Position numbers and translations under genes: made by a program. The notes below the pieces were generated by a model. That model was not told the DNA's origin and made no database searches. It saw only the letters and a program-made list of their open reading frames with translations. A DNA stretch of 64,000 bases from Craspedostauros australis (lineage: Eukaryota), in the NCBI GenBank assembly GCA_030167865.1, contig JALAGF010003296.1:62001-126000 (forward strand). The letters are read 5' to 3'. Shown piece by piece: positions 47,937 to 58,467 of the stretch; within the stretch, counting starts at the first letter, position 1; every line of letters begins with the position of its first letter.

Positions 47937-49856
47937 TCACAGTTCATCATGGCTTTCCTGCTGTTGCTTCACTTCCTTCTCATCACCATCACCATCATCA
48001 TCATCATCTTCTTCGTCGTCATCTTCGTCGTCGTCATCATCATCATCATCTTCGTCGTCGTCATCTTCATCATCGTCGTCGTCATCATCTTCCTCTTCTC
48101 CACCTCCAACTTCATGTTCCTCCTTCTCATCCTCTTCGTCATCGTAATACTCCAAACCAGGAGAGTACCAGTACTTGCCCATCTCCCACACCTCGTCGGT
48201 AACCTCCATGTGCTCGGACGACAACAACGCCACGGAGAATGCCGTCAAGTAAGCCTCGTGCATCTGCCATGACACGTCGCATTCTCTGCTGGGCACGTTG
48301 TCGGGGCAGGCGCGTTCCTTGTTCTGCGACAGGGACCGGCGCAGTCCCTCGACGCTGTCCTTCATGTACGTCACGGCGTCCGGGGACAGGGGGGACAGGA
48401 AGTCGGCCTGCCACAAAGGTTCTTCGCTGTCGCCGTCCTTCGCGGCCTCGATGCCTTTCGGTGTCACCACTGGCTCGTCATCTTCCACCTCATCGTCGTC
48501 GACCTGGTGGATGTCGAACTTGAATCGCACGTCCTCCCAGTTGATCATGTACCGTTGCGGGTACTGCTCGATGAAGCCGTAATCCATGAACATCTGCGGC
48601 GTCCCGAAATGATGGTGCCGTTCCCCGCAGAAGTTGCACTGGTTGTACGAGTTGAACACCTGCGATCCTGCCAGGATGGTCTTGGCCGCGACCAGGCTGA
48701 AGTACTCCTCCCGCTCGATCACGTGGGCAGTGTTGAGCGCATCACCGTTCGCGTGGTTGAAATTGCAGTACACGGGGATCATCCAGTCATCCTCGGCCCT
48801 TGCGACGACCATCATCCAGGCGTGCAGGAACAGGTCCATATCGTAGTCCTTCACAGGCAGTTTCTTCTTCGCTTTTGCCGCTTCAGCATCACCCTCGTCG
48901 TCACCATCGATATCACCATCGGACGCTTCGTCTTCGCCCTCGTACTCATATTCGTACTCATATTCCTCACCATCGGAGTCCGATTGATCCCCGCGAGCTC
49001 TGGACTTGTCCGCCTTGGTGTGTGTCATTTCGAGGTCATCCAGATCCGGCAATCCCAGCAGATCCTTGCAATCCTTCCAGTAATCATCGTACAGGTAATA
49101 ATTGAGATCCCCCTCCGTCGGTGGCAACCACTCCGGCAGGATGGAACGCAGGAAGGTCTTGCCCTGCTCGGTCCACATGTTGGGCAGGTACCCGCGCGGT
49201 TGCGCCTTGAGGTAGGCACCGTACGGCGTCTCCTCCTGCATGGCGTGGTACACCTTGAGGACCGGCAGGCAGGCACGGATGTACCATTCGTGCTCTTCCT
49301 CCTGGATCGATTCCAGGTATATCTCCTCGACCTCTTCCCGAAGGGTTTCGGGTGGCGTGATCATGAGATCCCACGGAATCTTGACGAGGGTCTCATCCTC
49401 CTCAATATCCTCCAATGCGTACACCCCACGAATGGGTTGATCCGGCAGACGGCGGATTTGGATCTTGGGTGAAATGAAGGCATCCTCATGCTGCAGCACC
49501 CAGTTGACCATGTTCATGGTTAGCAGATCGCTCGCGTCTTCGACGAAGGAAGGGGTATTGGCTTTGGTGTCGGCATTGGCTTCCGTTTTGCTGCCCACGT
49601 CGCTGTTCTTGGTGTTGTTCGATTTGGATGGCGTCGTTGTCCCTGCTTTGTCCGGACTCGCCGTCATCTCTCGTTGTTGTTGTTGCTGCTGCTGCTGTTG
49701 TGCCGATGTCTCCAACGATGCTTCTACGAGGGAAGCACCAACTGGCAATGACAAGAGCATCAGCGCCGCAAGGGCGATGCAATGCTTGACACCATTCGGG
49801 ATGACCGATCCGATCGATCTTCGGGCCTTGTCTTCTGTCGCCGACTTTGTCATCAT
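47937..49856 (-). CDS. SET-domain protein lysine methyltransferase-like (LSMT/SETD3-6 type fold), ER-resident (HDEL)
   Basis: Signal-like HCIALAALMLLSLPVGA. SET motifs RGVYALEDIEEDETLVKIP, IPVYCNFNH, VFNSY and FMDYGF. A long D/E tail ends SHDEL-stop. Confidence 0.88.
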   Translation of the reverse strand: MMTKSATEDKARRSIGSVIPNGVKHCIALAALMLLSLPVGASLVEASLETSAQQQQQQQQQREMTASPDKAGTTTPSKSNNTKNSDVGSKTEANADTKANTPSFVEDASDLLTMNMVNWVLQHEDAFISPKIQIRRLPDQPIRGVYALEDIEEDETLVKIPWDLMITPPETLREEVEEIYLESIQEEEHEWYIRACLPVLKVYHAMQEETPYGAYLKAQPRGYLPNMWTEQGKTFLRSILPEWLPPTEGDLNYYLYDDYWKDCKDLLGLPDLDDLEMTHTKADKSRARGDQSDSDGEEYEYEYEYEGEDEASDGDIDGDDEGDAEAAKAKKKLPVKDYDMDLFLHAWMMVVARAEDDWMIPVYCNFNHANGDALNTAHVIEREEYFSLVAAKTILAGSQVFNSYNQCNFCGERHHHFGTPQMFMDYGFIEQYPQRYMINWEDVRFKFDIHQVDDDEVEDDEPVVTPKGIEAAKDGDSEEPLWQADFLSPLSPDAVTYMKDSVEGLRRSLSQNKERACPDNVPSRECDVSWQMHEAYLTAFSVALLSSEHMEVTDEVWEMGKYWYSPGLEYYDDEEDEKEEHEVGGGEEEDDDDDDDEDDDDEDDDDDDDDEDDDEEDDDDDGDGDEKEVKQQQESHDEL

Positions 49857-50668
49857 GGTGATCTCCACAGGCAGAAAGGCAGATAGACAGGCAGGCAGAT
49901 GGATGAATCGATGGCTGCTTTGCCTTCTACTTGTGCTCGTAATTGCAGTTGTAACTGCAGTTGTAGTTGTCGTCGCCGTCGCCGTCGCACGGTGCAATCT
50001 ACGTGTATAGTATTATATGCATTGGTGCACGATTCTGAAGGCACGGCGAGATTGAATTCTTTTGTGGATGATGCCCTGGCTTCTGCGCACGTGATGCCTT
50101 CTCTCTTGACGCCTCTACTTCTCGTATAATAGAGTATGAATGCCACCGATGTTTGTCGCTTTGCCTTTCTGGACATCAAGAGGTCGGTTCCACAGCGACA
50201 AGCACAACCGCAATCTCGCCGAGATAGATGAGGGCGGGAAGAGCATCGCATGGACGCCTGACGCGAACTGGCGAAACACAGAATGGAGCCGTTGGGGGAG
50301 CTCAATGCGTGTTGGTAGGTTAGAAACCGTTAAACCAAGTGCGCGCTGTATTTCAAATTTCCCGCGAAAATGGTATGTGGAGGGAGGTGTGGCGATGTGG
50401 AGTGGAGTGTAGCTGTACATCGTAGTACGACTAATCTTCTCTGCAGAGAGTCCTACTATGTGCGAGTGTGGCGGTATATTCCATCAGTCTATTATTCTAT
50501 TATATAATATTATATTAATATAAAATCATATTCACTATTACGCAATACCATAGAACACTATCATCAACACTTTCCAAATGCAGCATGCCCTTGCGACGTT
50601 CAAAGATCACAAGGATCTTCACACGAATGTTGGGTCTATTTGTACGAAGCCCGATTGCCACGAGTGCG

Positions 50669-52288
50669 CTATGATTCGCCTGCATCAGCGTCGTCATCTT
50701 CACCGTCGTTGGCTTGTTCATCCTGACTCGGATCCCTTTCTATGCCCGCGTACTCCTTGCCCGGTTCGTTCCAACGGTTTCCCATCTTCCAAACCTCATC
50801 GGACAGCTCCATGTGCGCTGCAGCCTTCAGTGCCGTTTTGAAGGCCAGCACATAGGCATTGTGCATGTCCCACGCCATGTTCCACTGCGCCTTCGAAACC
50901 CCGTCGGGACATCCCAGTTCCTCCTCATCGTACTTGAGGGACATGGCCTGAAGCTCTTCAAGATTTCTCTGCATGTAATCCACTCCTCTTTGCGACAGCG
51001 GGGAGAGAAATTCGACCTCGAAACCGCGGTGGCGTGGCTTCCTGCGGATCTCCATCTTGATGCGAGGCTTGAAGATGATGAACCGCTGCGGATAATCTTC
51101 GACGAAGCCGTAGTCTTGGAATATCTCAGGCGTTCCGAAGGCATGCGTGCGCTCTTCGCAGTCGTTGCAGACATTGTAGTTGTTGCTGATGACTTCGCCG
51201 GCGCGGATGTCGCGGCTGGCCACCAGCGTGTGGACGTCGTCGTCGTACTCGAGGGTCTTGGTGTTGTAAGCATCGCCGCTCCCGTGGTTGAATAGATCGT
51301 AGACGGGTACGAGCTCTTCCGCGTCACCGCGCGCCGTCAGCATCTGCCACGCGTGGACGTAGAGCTCCACCCGCTCGTCCATCTCGGAGCGAGCGTTGAC
51401 GTCGGCGTTGTAGTTCCCGTCGTCATCCATGACAGCCGCGGCAATGTCGCTCGTCGGGGAGAGGATGATTTCATCGATGTCCGGCAGGCCGTAGAAGTCC
51501 TGGCATTCGTCCCAGAAGGTGTTGTCGAGATCGACGTTGATGTCCTCCATGGGCGGCAGCGATTTGGGGAGGATGGAATAGAGCATCTTCTTGGCGGTGT
51601 CGCTCCACAGAGACGGGATGTAGTTGCGCTCTTGCGACTTGAGGAAGACGCCGTACGGTGTGGGATCCTCCTTGACCATCTCGGCATAGATCTTGTCGAC
51701 TGAGACGCAATTCCTGTAGTAGGACAGCAAGTTGTGATCGAACTCATGGATCCCGTCCTCCATCAAGATTTCCAGCGTCTCCCTCGGGATGTCGTGAAGG
51801 TCCACCTCGTTTTGCATGGCAAAGCCCGCCTTCCACGGGATGCTAACCAACGTCTCGCCCTCCGCGATGTCCTGCGTGGCGACCGCCCCGCGTAGGGAGG
51901 ATCCTGGCGACACTGGCGCCACCTTGAACTTGTCGGAGATGAAGGCGTTCGGAAAGGTCTTCACCCAGCTGATCAAATCGGACAGCAGAAGATCGTCCTC
52001 GTGCTGACGGCCATACTGGATTCGCGAGTACGCGTCGAAACCGGATGAGGCCGACGAGTTGGGGTGGCTGGCCCAGAATCCCTCGTCAATCAGCCTCGAG
52101 ACGGACCATTGCTGCGGCTGATAATGCGACTGCTGCGGCTGAGACTGTGATTGCTGCTCCGCGCTCTGCCCTGAAATCGTGCTGGTGGCACCTGCGGGAG
52201 CGTCCGCGCGCGATAGTTCGCCAGAGACCACGAGCGGTGCAAAGACCGCCAGGAGAGCACCCACAGATCCTGCTTTCGTTGCTCTCAT
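50669..52288 (-). CDS. SET-domain protein lysine methyltransferase-like, secretory pathway; tandem paralogue of the 47937-49856 gene
   Basis: Signal VGALLAVFAPLVVSG. SET motifs RGAVATQDIAEGETLVSIP, VPVYDLFNH, ISNNY and FQDYGFVEDYPQR. It is colinear with its neighbour through FLSPLS...W.MH.AY..AF...DEVW.MG..W. Confidence 0.88.
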   Translation of the reverse strand: MRATKAGSVGALLAVFAPLVVSGELSRADAPAGATSTISGQSAEQQSQSQPQQSHYQPQQWSVSRLIDEGFWASHPNSSASSGFDAYSRIQYGRQHEDDLLLSDLISWVKTFPNAFISDKFKVAPVSPGSSLRGAVATQDIAEGETLVSIPWKAGFAMQNEVDLHDIPRETLEILMEDGIHEFDHNLLSYYRNCVSVDKIYAEMVKEDPTPYGVFLKSQERNYIPSLWSDTAKKMLYSILPKSLPPMEDINVDLDNTFWDECQDFYGLPDIDEIILSPTSDIAAAVMDDDGNYNADVNARSEMDERVELYVHAWQMLTARGDAEELVPVYDLFNHGSGDAYNTKTLEYDDDVHTLVASRDIRAGEVISNNYNVCNDCEERTHAFGTPEIFQDYGFVEDYPQRFIIFKPRIKMEIRRKPRHRGFEVEFLSPLSQRGVDYMQRNLEELQAMSLKYDEEELGCPDGVSKAQWNMAWDMHNAYVLAFKTALKAAAHMELSDEVWKMGNRWNEPGKEYAGIERDPSQDEQANDGEDDDADAGES

Positions 52289-54096
52289 CCTTCGATTCCA
52301 GAGAGCCAGACGCTGTGGCTCTTGCTGATTGAGTGGTGACGATTGATAGTTGGCAATCGACGATCTCGGATGCTGGTTCCTGCGGCTCTGCGCTTGATGG
52401 GCAGAAGTGCCAACCACTGATCGATGGAGAATGTTGGTCGAGTGCTCCTGTGCATATACTAGAATACTAGAATATGTAATATAATATTATACTATGGTAC
52501 GACCGAGAGTACAAGTGGAGTGTTGTGAACGTTGGCGGTGACGTTAACGTAAATGAAGAGGAAAGAAGTGAGTATTGGTGCCCAGAAGACCGACACGCCA
52601 AAGCGAGAAAGTGTGAAGATGTGATGTTTGTGGCGAAGTGAAGACCACCCACCACCCACCAACGCCAACCTCAACAACAACGCGAGCAAAGGCAGGAGCA
52701 ACAGTCCGCACCAACAAAAAGGCACGCGCACAAGCGCTGTTTCGGTCATCTCTGTTCCCCTTTCCCGTTTCCCTTTGTTCCTGACAAATTCTTCGTACAC
52801 GACGAATACCAACAGCACATTCGACCAATCGTGCAAAAACGCAGAGACCTTCGAGAACTCCTCGATTTCACCAGCCATTCCAAACAATTCCGACACGCAA
52901 CACAGTCATGTCTACGACATCGATTAATATCAACAAATGAAGACAAGACATCTATGCGATGTCGCACCGTCCACGAAAAGACAGCCAAAGCGAAGCAATT
53001 GCCATCATCCAACGGAACAACATGCCTTCCCGTTGCGCCCGCCACAAAAAGAGCCAGATCCAGCAACAGCACAAGGTCTCTGATTTTCGACATTCCGAAA
53101 ACTTGGTTTGGACACTCAAAATCGGAATAGTCGTGAAGGACGCCTTGTCCGACACCGTCCGAAGATATCGACTTACACGATCAACACCAATCGTGTACCA
53201 TACTAAGAACATGAATGTAGAGAATTTACTCAAGACGATCTTGAACGGTTGTGACCTTCCTCTCATCGTTCCCTTTGCGTTCGAGCGGTTGAGAAGTATT
53301 CAAACGGCATGCCCTATGCAGGAACAACGCGGTATGCGTGTACAGGTGAACGCTGAGGTGGCGGATGTGCTGCATCAGCGCATATAATAATATTGAGAGC
53401 AAATGTGGAAATACTTAGTATTATTGTCGACTACCGTACCATCCCTATTACTCGAATATCATGATGTATTAGAATGGTGCAATAATCAATCTGCTCGTGG
53501 TGACGTTTGGTGGGTTATTGAGAATCGACGAACGCCCAGTATCGTCGAAGGATTTGCAACATCGTCCCAACACGAGCAGGTGCAACGCGTCCGTGTCTAT
53601 CTTCAGATTGCAACACCGCGCAATCCAAGCCGTGGACAAACGAAGCAAAGAAGCGAACTGAGAGCAAGATGGTGCATTTGACAACCCCGAGAAGGCAGAT
53701 GAAGCAATCAATCGATCAGCCCCTCTCCTCTGGATCGTAGCCTCGATGAGAAGAGGACTTGGTGATGTTGCTGCTTGCTCGGCAACAGAAGGAAGAGGCG
53801 CCTTGTGTCCAGGCTGGTGTGTGTACAAGCTGCTGCAACAAAAGCAGACGTTTGGTGTCACCAGGTGTCGATTCCTGTTAAGTGCGCAACCTTGACGTGG
53901 CGGAGAACTGTTTAAGCCGTTGTGCGCATACGTAAGTCGATGAAATGCTGACTCATCGAAAACCGCCATCCACAAAATTGTTCCGTTTGCCTTCTCTTTC
54001 GACGCTATTGGCTTCATCACGATGACGCGGCGGTCCTTCGCAGTCCTCACTTGTGGTCGGCCTTTTCTCGTGTCCATTGAATTTCATCGCTTGCTC

Positions 54097-54180
54097 TGCT
54101 TTGTGTGGTGCTTTGTGTGGTGCTTTGTGTGGTGCTTTGTGTGGTGCTTTGTGTGGTGCTAGTGTGGTGCTAGTGTGGTG
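54097..54180. repeat. Minisatellite: TGCTTTGTGTGG x5 followed by TGCTAGTGTGG x2
   Basis: Directly visible tandem units without spacers. Confidence 0.95.
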
Positions 54181-54980
54181 GATCAGAGGAGTGTGTACTC
54201 GACGAGGACTCCGAGGTATTCAAAAGAGTCTGGTACGAGTATTTGCACCCACCAGCGTCTTTTTGGACAGTCGAATGGTTTGGAGACGTAGGAACGAGCA
54301 GGGGTATGTGAGGAACTGGAACGTTGCCATGACAGGGACCAAGCAAGACAGATAGCAATGTCAGGCATGCAACAAAGACCTTCCGTCCCTGGATGATGAT
54401 CGTTGCAAGTTGCAAGTGATGATCGTTGAAAGTGATGCAAGTTGAAAGTGATGCAAGTCCTGGCAAGTGAGTACATGCAGGACAGCCTGCTCGGAAGAAT
54501 CAAGTGCCAATCGACCCGGAGTTCAAGTTCAACTCCACTGCCGGAATCCGATGCTGACAAAGACGCACTCCAATCCAACTGCAACTCCATCCGATCCTTC
54601 GCACATTGTCGCTTTTGATGGTGAGCGGGTGATGCCGTACGTTTATTCGTGAGCGAGTTCAATGGTCGATTCGAGGGACCTCCGTTGTTTGTCATCGCTG
54701 CAGACCAAACCAGCCCAAAGATCACAACCAGCAGAAAAATCGACTGTGTCGGCGCGCACAATCCATCGATCCACCAGTGAAGCATTGCTGTCTCACATCG
54801 TCTCACTTGTGCTTGCTGCTGCTTTCAGCTGACATTGCAGACCACCGCGGTTCGTTGATCAACACCTTCATCGTTCCTCATCAACATCACATCGTTGCAC
54901 CAATCCATCGACTCGTCAACTCATCAGCTCATCGATCAGTCCTGGCAACATCGTCCAGACCTCGCCGAAGACCTCCGACA

Positions 54981-56810
54981 ATGAAGCGTCGTGCAAGAAA
55001 CAGTGGCATTGGCAGTGACATTGACAGAGACCATGAGGCTGGCGCAGGCGGCCAAGATCAAGATGGCAATGCTCGTGAGGACAACGCCCGTGAGGATCAT
55101 GGACGGAACCAGCCGCAGCAAGGCAATGGTCCGCAACCACCTGACAATGACATTGGGCCATCTGCTGTTGGAGACGAATGGATGTCGCAGTTGATGTTGT
55201 TGATGTCATATGATCGCGACCCTCTCGCATCGGCACCCGCGTCTGAGCCGACTTCCGAGACCAACTATCCCATCTCGTTTCATCATGGGCAATTCATACC
55301 ACCCATGCATCGGCTGCTATCTGCTTCGATGTCGGCATCCAACGTCGGTGTGGGTGCCAGAGCTGGTGCTGGTTTCACCAGTGATGTCAATCGTACCAGC
55401 GGCGTCAACGGCATCGATAATCGTGAATTGCTGTTCCCAAGTTTCAACAGAACGCAATCATGCGAAGGAGCACCATCTCGGCGATGCGACCCTTCTGCAC
55501 CCACAAGAGACCCGCAGAAGGCTTCCAGGCATTTGGAGCCCAATCGGAGCCCAAAATCATCAATCAACGATCAAAGGGCGCATCATCATGCTTCCTCCAC
55601 CAATTCCTTTCGTCGTGAAGTTGCAGGTACTGGTGTTGGTACCGATATCAGTGTCACGGCAACCAAGTTCGCCGAAGCAAAACCATGGATGTCATCATCT
55701 TCAGCAACTCCACAGCACCAACAGCACAGTCTTCAAGCCGAATCACGCCCCACTCATCACGATGCCGCTCATCACTCCAGCTTCGTGCCATCCCAACTCC
55801 AGCATGTTGCTTCCATCGAGGCTTCCCATGTCACCCACACGGCCAATCCAGGTGGTGCGATCGCCTCAACAAGTGCATCGGCCACCGCCGAATCACAACC
55901 GCATTCCGCAACCAACACCACGATCAACGGCAGCAGCAACAGTCGTAGTACCAGTGGACAGGGTATATCTGGCTCATCCTGGTTCAGCGAATGTCGCACC
56001 GATAGACCAACGTGAGTGCTTGCCCTTCCTGCGGTTGTGTCTGTGACTATATCTGCTGCAGCTGTTGGTATCGCTGCTGCGCTGATGGTGATGTTATCCA
56101 TGGTGTTTCGAGCAGGGGTGTATGGTGTGGTCGTCGAGGATCATCGTTGTGGGTGTCGCCTGTGATCACCTTCGTAAATAAGCGCCACAAGGATGCACAA
56201 CAGGACTTCTGTCGTCCCATCCTATCTCTCATCATCGCTTGCATTCGATTGTACATCAACACATCATGCCATCCCTTCGTGGTATCCCTTCATCATATCA
56301 CCATGCAACACCGTACAACGATGATCCAGCAGCTTGATCACGTTGACCACCTTCCCTTTCCGGATTTCCTTTGCCAACGCCGCCGCGCGGAGGCTGGTGG
56401 GCGATGATGTCGTCGGCAAATGCTTCTTCGATATATTCGTCAAGGAGGGCGCCGACCATGAACGCAGTGGCGTTCTCAATAGCAACATGCTACTGTACCC
56501 CACTCTGGAGGGCAAGTTCCAAGGCAGCGATATCGTCAAGATCAAGAATCCCATCACCTTCGCATCCCTCAGCACCATGATGGGCAACACCAAGGCTGGC
56601 GTCCACACCGGCTCAAGCGGCGGTTCGGAGTTTGACGACATGACGTTCTGCAAGATCCGTGTGATGCCCGTCCAAGGTGAGATATCTCTCCCGATGCCAT
56701 CCCAAAAGGTGAAACGGATGCGAGGCAATCGATATTTCGCAGTGTTTCTGGATGTGTTAGACGTACCAGAAGACAAGCTGCAGACGATCTTGTATCGCCG
56801 GCTACCATGA
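54981..56810 (+). CDS. Hypothetical protein with C-terminal PAS-like domain; exons 54981-56011 and 56330(or 56333)-56810
   Basis: Donor AC|GTGAGT and acceptor CAG/CAG join in frame to give TDRPT(S)LITLTTFPFRISFANAAARRLVGDDVVGKCFFDIF. This resembles the PAS N-terminal 'IT....P..I.FAN.A...L.G....VG' pattern. Terminal strands CKIRVMPV and YFAVFLD are also PAS-like. Confidence 0.65.
56012..56329 (+). other. Spliceosomal intron (318 or 321 bp) with tandem CAGCAG acceptor
   Basis: GTGAGT donor. Both AGs (ending 56329 and 56332) preserve the frame. Confidence 0.7.
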
Positions 56811-58437
56811 AGCATCTCGGCGTATTCGTGTGGTGCGGTGTCGTGCCGTGTGGGAGACATGGAGAGTGCCCCATGCGTGTTTGCATCAATGTATCCATCC
56901 ACAGGGTCTGGTTCGCGAATGGAACTGTTGGAAAGTGGAAACGGGAGTTGGGTGTTGGAAACTGGATGTTTGGGTGCTGGAAGGTGTGGTCGGGGACCGC
57001 GAGGGACGAGGAACTGGGCGCGATGGAGTATGATGTGGTGTGAGAGGAGGGCAAGCACAATCCGGGAGCGACTGCATGGTATTAAACTCTATCCGAGTCG
57101 TAGCAGCGTAGCGAGTTCTCGTACTTACCTTGTGTTCGTTGGTTTGTCAATCCCTTTCAAACATCGTGGTTGCCATTGGCCTCTAATGTTTCGACAAGAG
57201 TTGAGTGGGCAAAAGTCGCTTGACTGTCGTGAGTGTCGTTGTCTCACTGTAGTCATCATCATCATCAATATCCATTATTGCATTCGACGCAGAGGCGCAT
57301 GGCGTTGGGTTGTCGTCGTCGTTGCTGTTTTCGTTTTCATTGCCTGAGTTGCGGTACTCTCGAAGTTTCGTCGTGGCATTGGTGCTGGGCGCCGTTGTAC
57401 TGGCAGATGTAGAGTTGATGTTAACGGTGATGAAGAATGCGGAGGATGGAAGGCGCACTCCCACATATCAACGATTGCTTGGCGCCCGTTGCTGGAGAGC
57501 GCTGTTGACTCGACCAGTAGAGTAGAGGACTGTATCACTCACCTCCTGGATGTATGGCATGCATCCCACCGATACATTGATTCGCCATCGGCAACCCTCC
57601 GATTCCCCGTCTCTTGAAGTACTGTCCTGCGTCCCCTTGGGTGTCCGAGATGGGGATGGCCGTCACGATGGACATGGTGTGATGGACATGGTGTGATGGA
57701 CATAGCGATGGATATCATCATCGGCCGTCCTCGTCTTTGATTTGTGCGCGTCAGCTGTTGTGTCCATCTGGTTGCTGTAGATGCAGAAGCGACACACCGA
57801 CACACAATGTACAATCAACTGCGTTTTGGCGTGCTCTCTCTCTCTCTCTCTTTCTGCACAATGAGGACATGTGCGCCGCTGACGAAGCCACAAACCACAA
57901 CGGCGGAAGAAATGGTTCGATCGCGCCATCTGGCGGATTCTGTTGCATTTGGTTATGGCCACCCGCCGTTGGGAATGAAGGTTGACACATCAGCGGTACG
58001 GAACGTCATTTGTCGACGTTGTTCGTGTTGGCCAGCGAAGGGCAGTGGAATGTTTTGCTGACCGTTTCAACATGTCTCATGAATGCGGTCAGTGTGTGTG
58101 CTGCGTCAGTTGCTCAATTATGTGATTTGTGTTGATGTGGCAACGAAAATGTGAGATGAATTTGTGGCGCGTTGTGACTGGCTGGACTCCCCAATGTCAA
58201 TGCTTGATTCCGTCGAAGATTTCTTCACTCGTGTTCTTTTCCCCTATTTCCTTCTTTTTGTTCTTTCTTCGCTGGCGCACATTGTGACGAGAGCAGAACG
58301 GCTTGAAGCTGGCACCATTCTCTTCGGTTCGTGGTCGCATGGTACCATTACGAACCATGACGTGACGTGACTGTCGCCAGCATGAAGAGACCAAACGCAC
58401 CATACATACCAGCTGGTAGCCGCTAGCTACTATTGTA

Positions 58438-58467
58438 GTACGAGTACGAGTACGAGTACGAGTACGA
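58438..58467. repeat. (GTACGA)n hexanucleotide repeat
   Basis: Five tandem GTACGA units visible. Confidence 0.95.

Noticed and set aside
47934..48272. 112-aa extremely hydrophobic I/V/F ORF on the + strand that looks like a multi-TM protein
   Set aside because: It is the antisense reading of the GAT/GAC/GAA acidic tail of the SET gene.
54097..54180. Regular short repeats considered as a CRISPR array or telomeric seed
   Set aside because: The units are contiguous with no spacers, there are no cas genes, the context is eukaryotic, and the unit is not TTAGGG-like.
56334..56480. LOV/aureochrome photoreceptor call for the PAS-like protein
   Set aside because: It lacks the GxNCRFLQ motif and any bZIP domain.
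57667..57703. 14-bp tandem duplication (GATGGACATGGTGT) that would frameshift a small minus-strand ORF ending at a GTGAGT donor near 57542
   Set aside because: The repaired peptide resembles no family I recognise, and no convincing acceptor or downstream exon was found.
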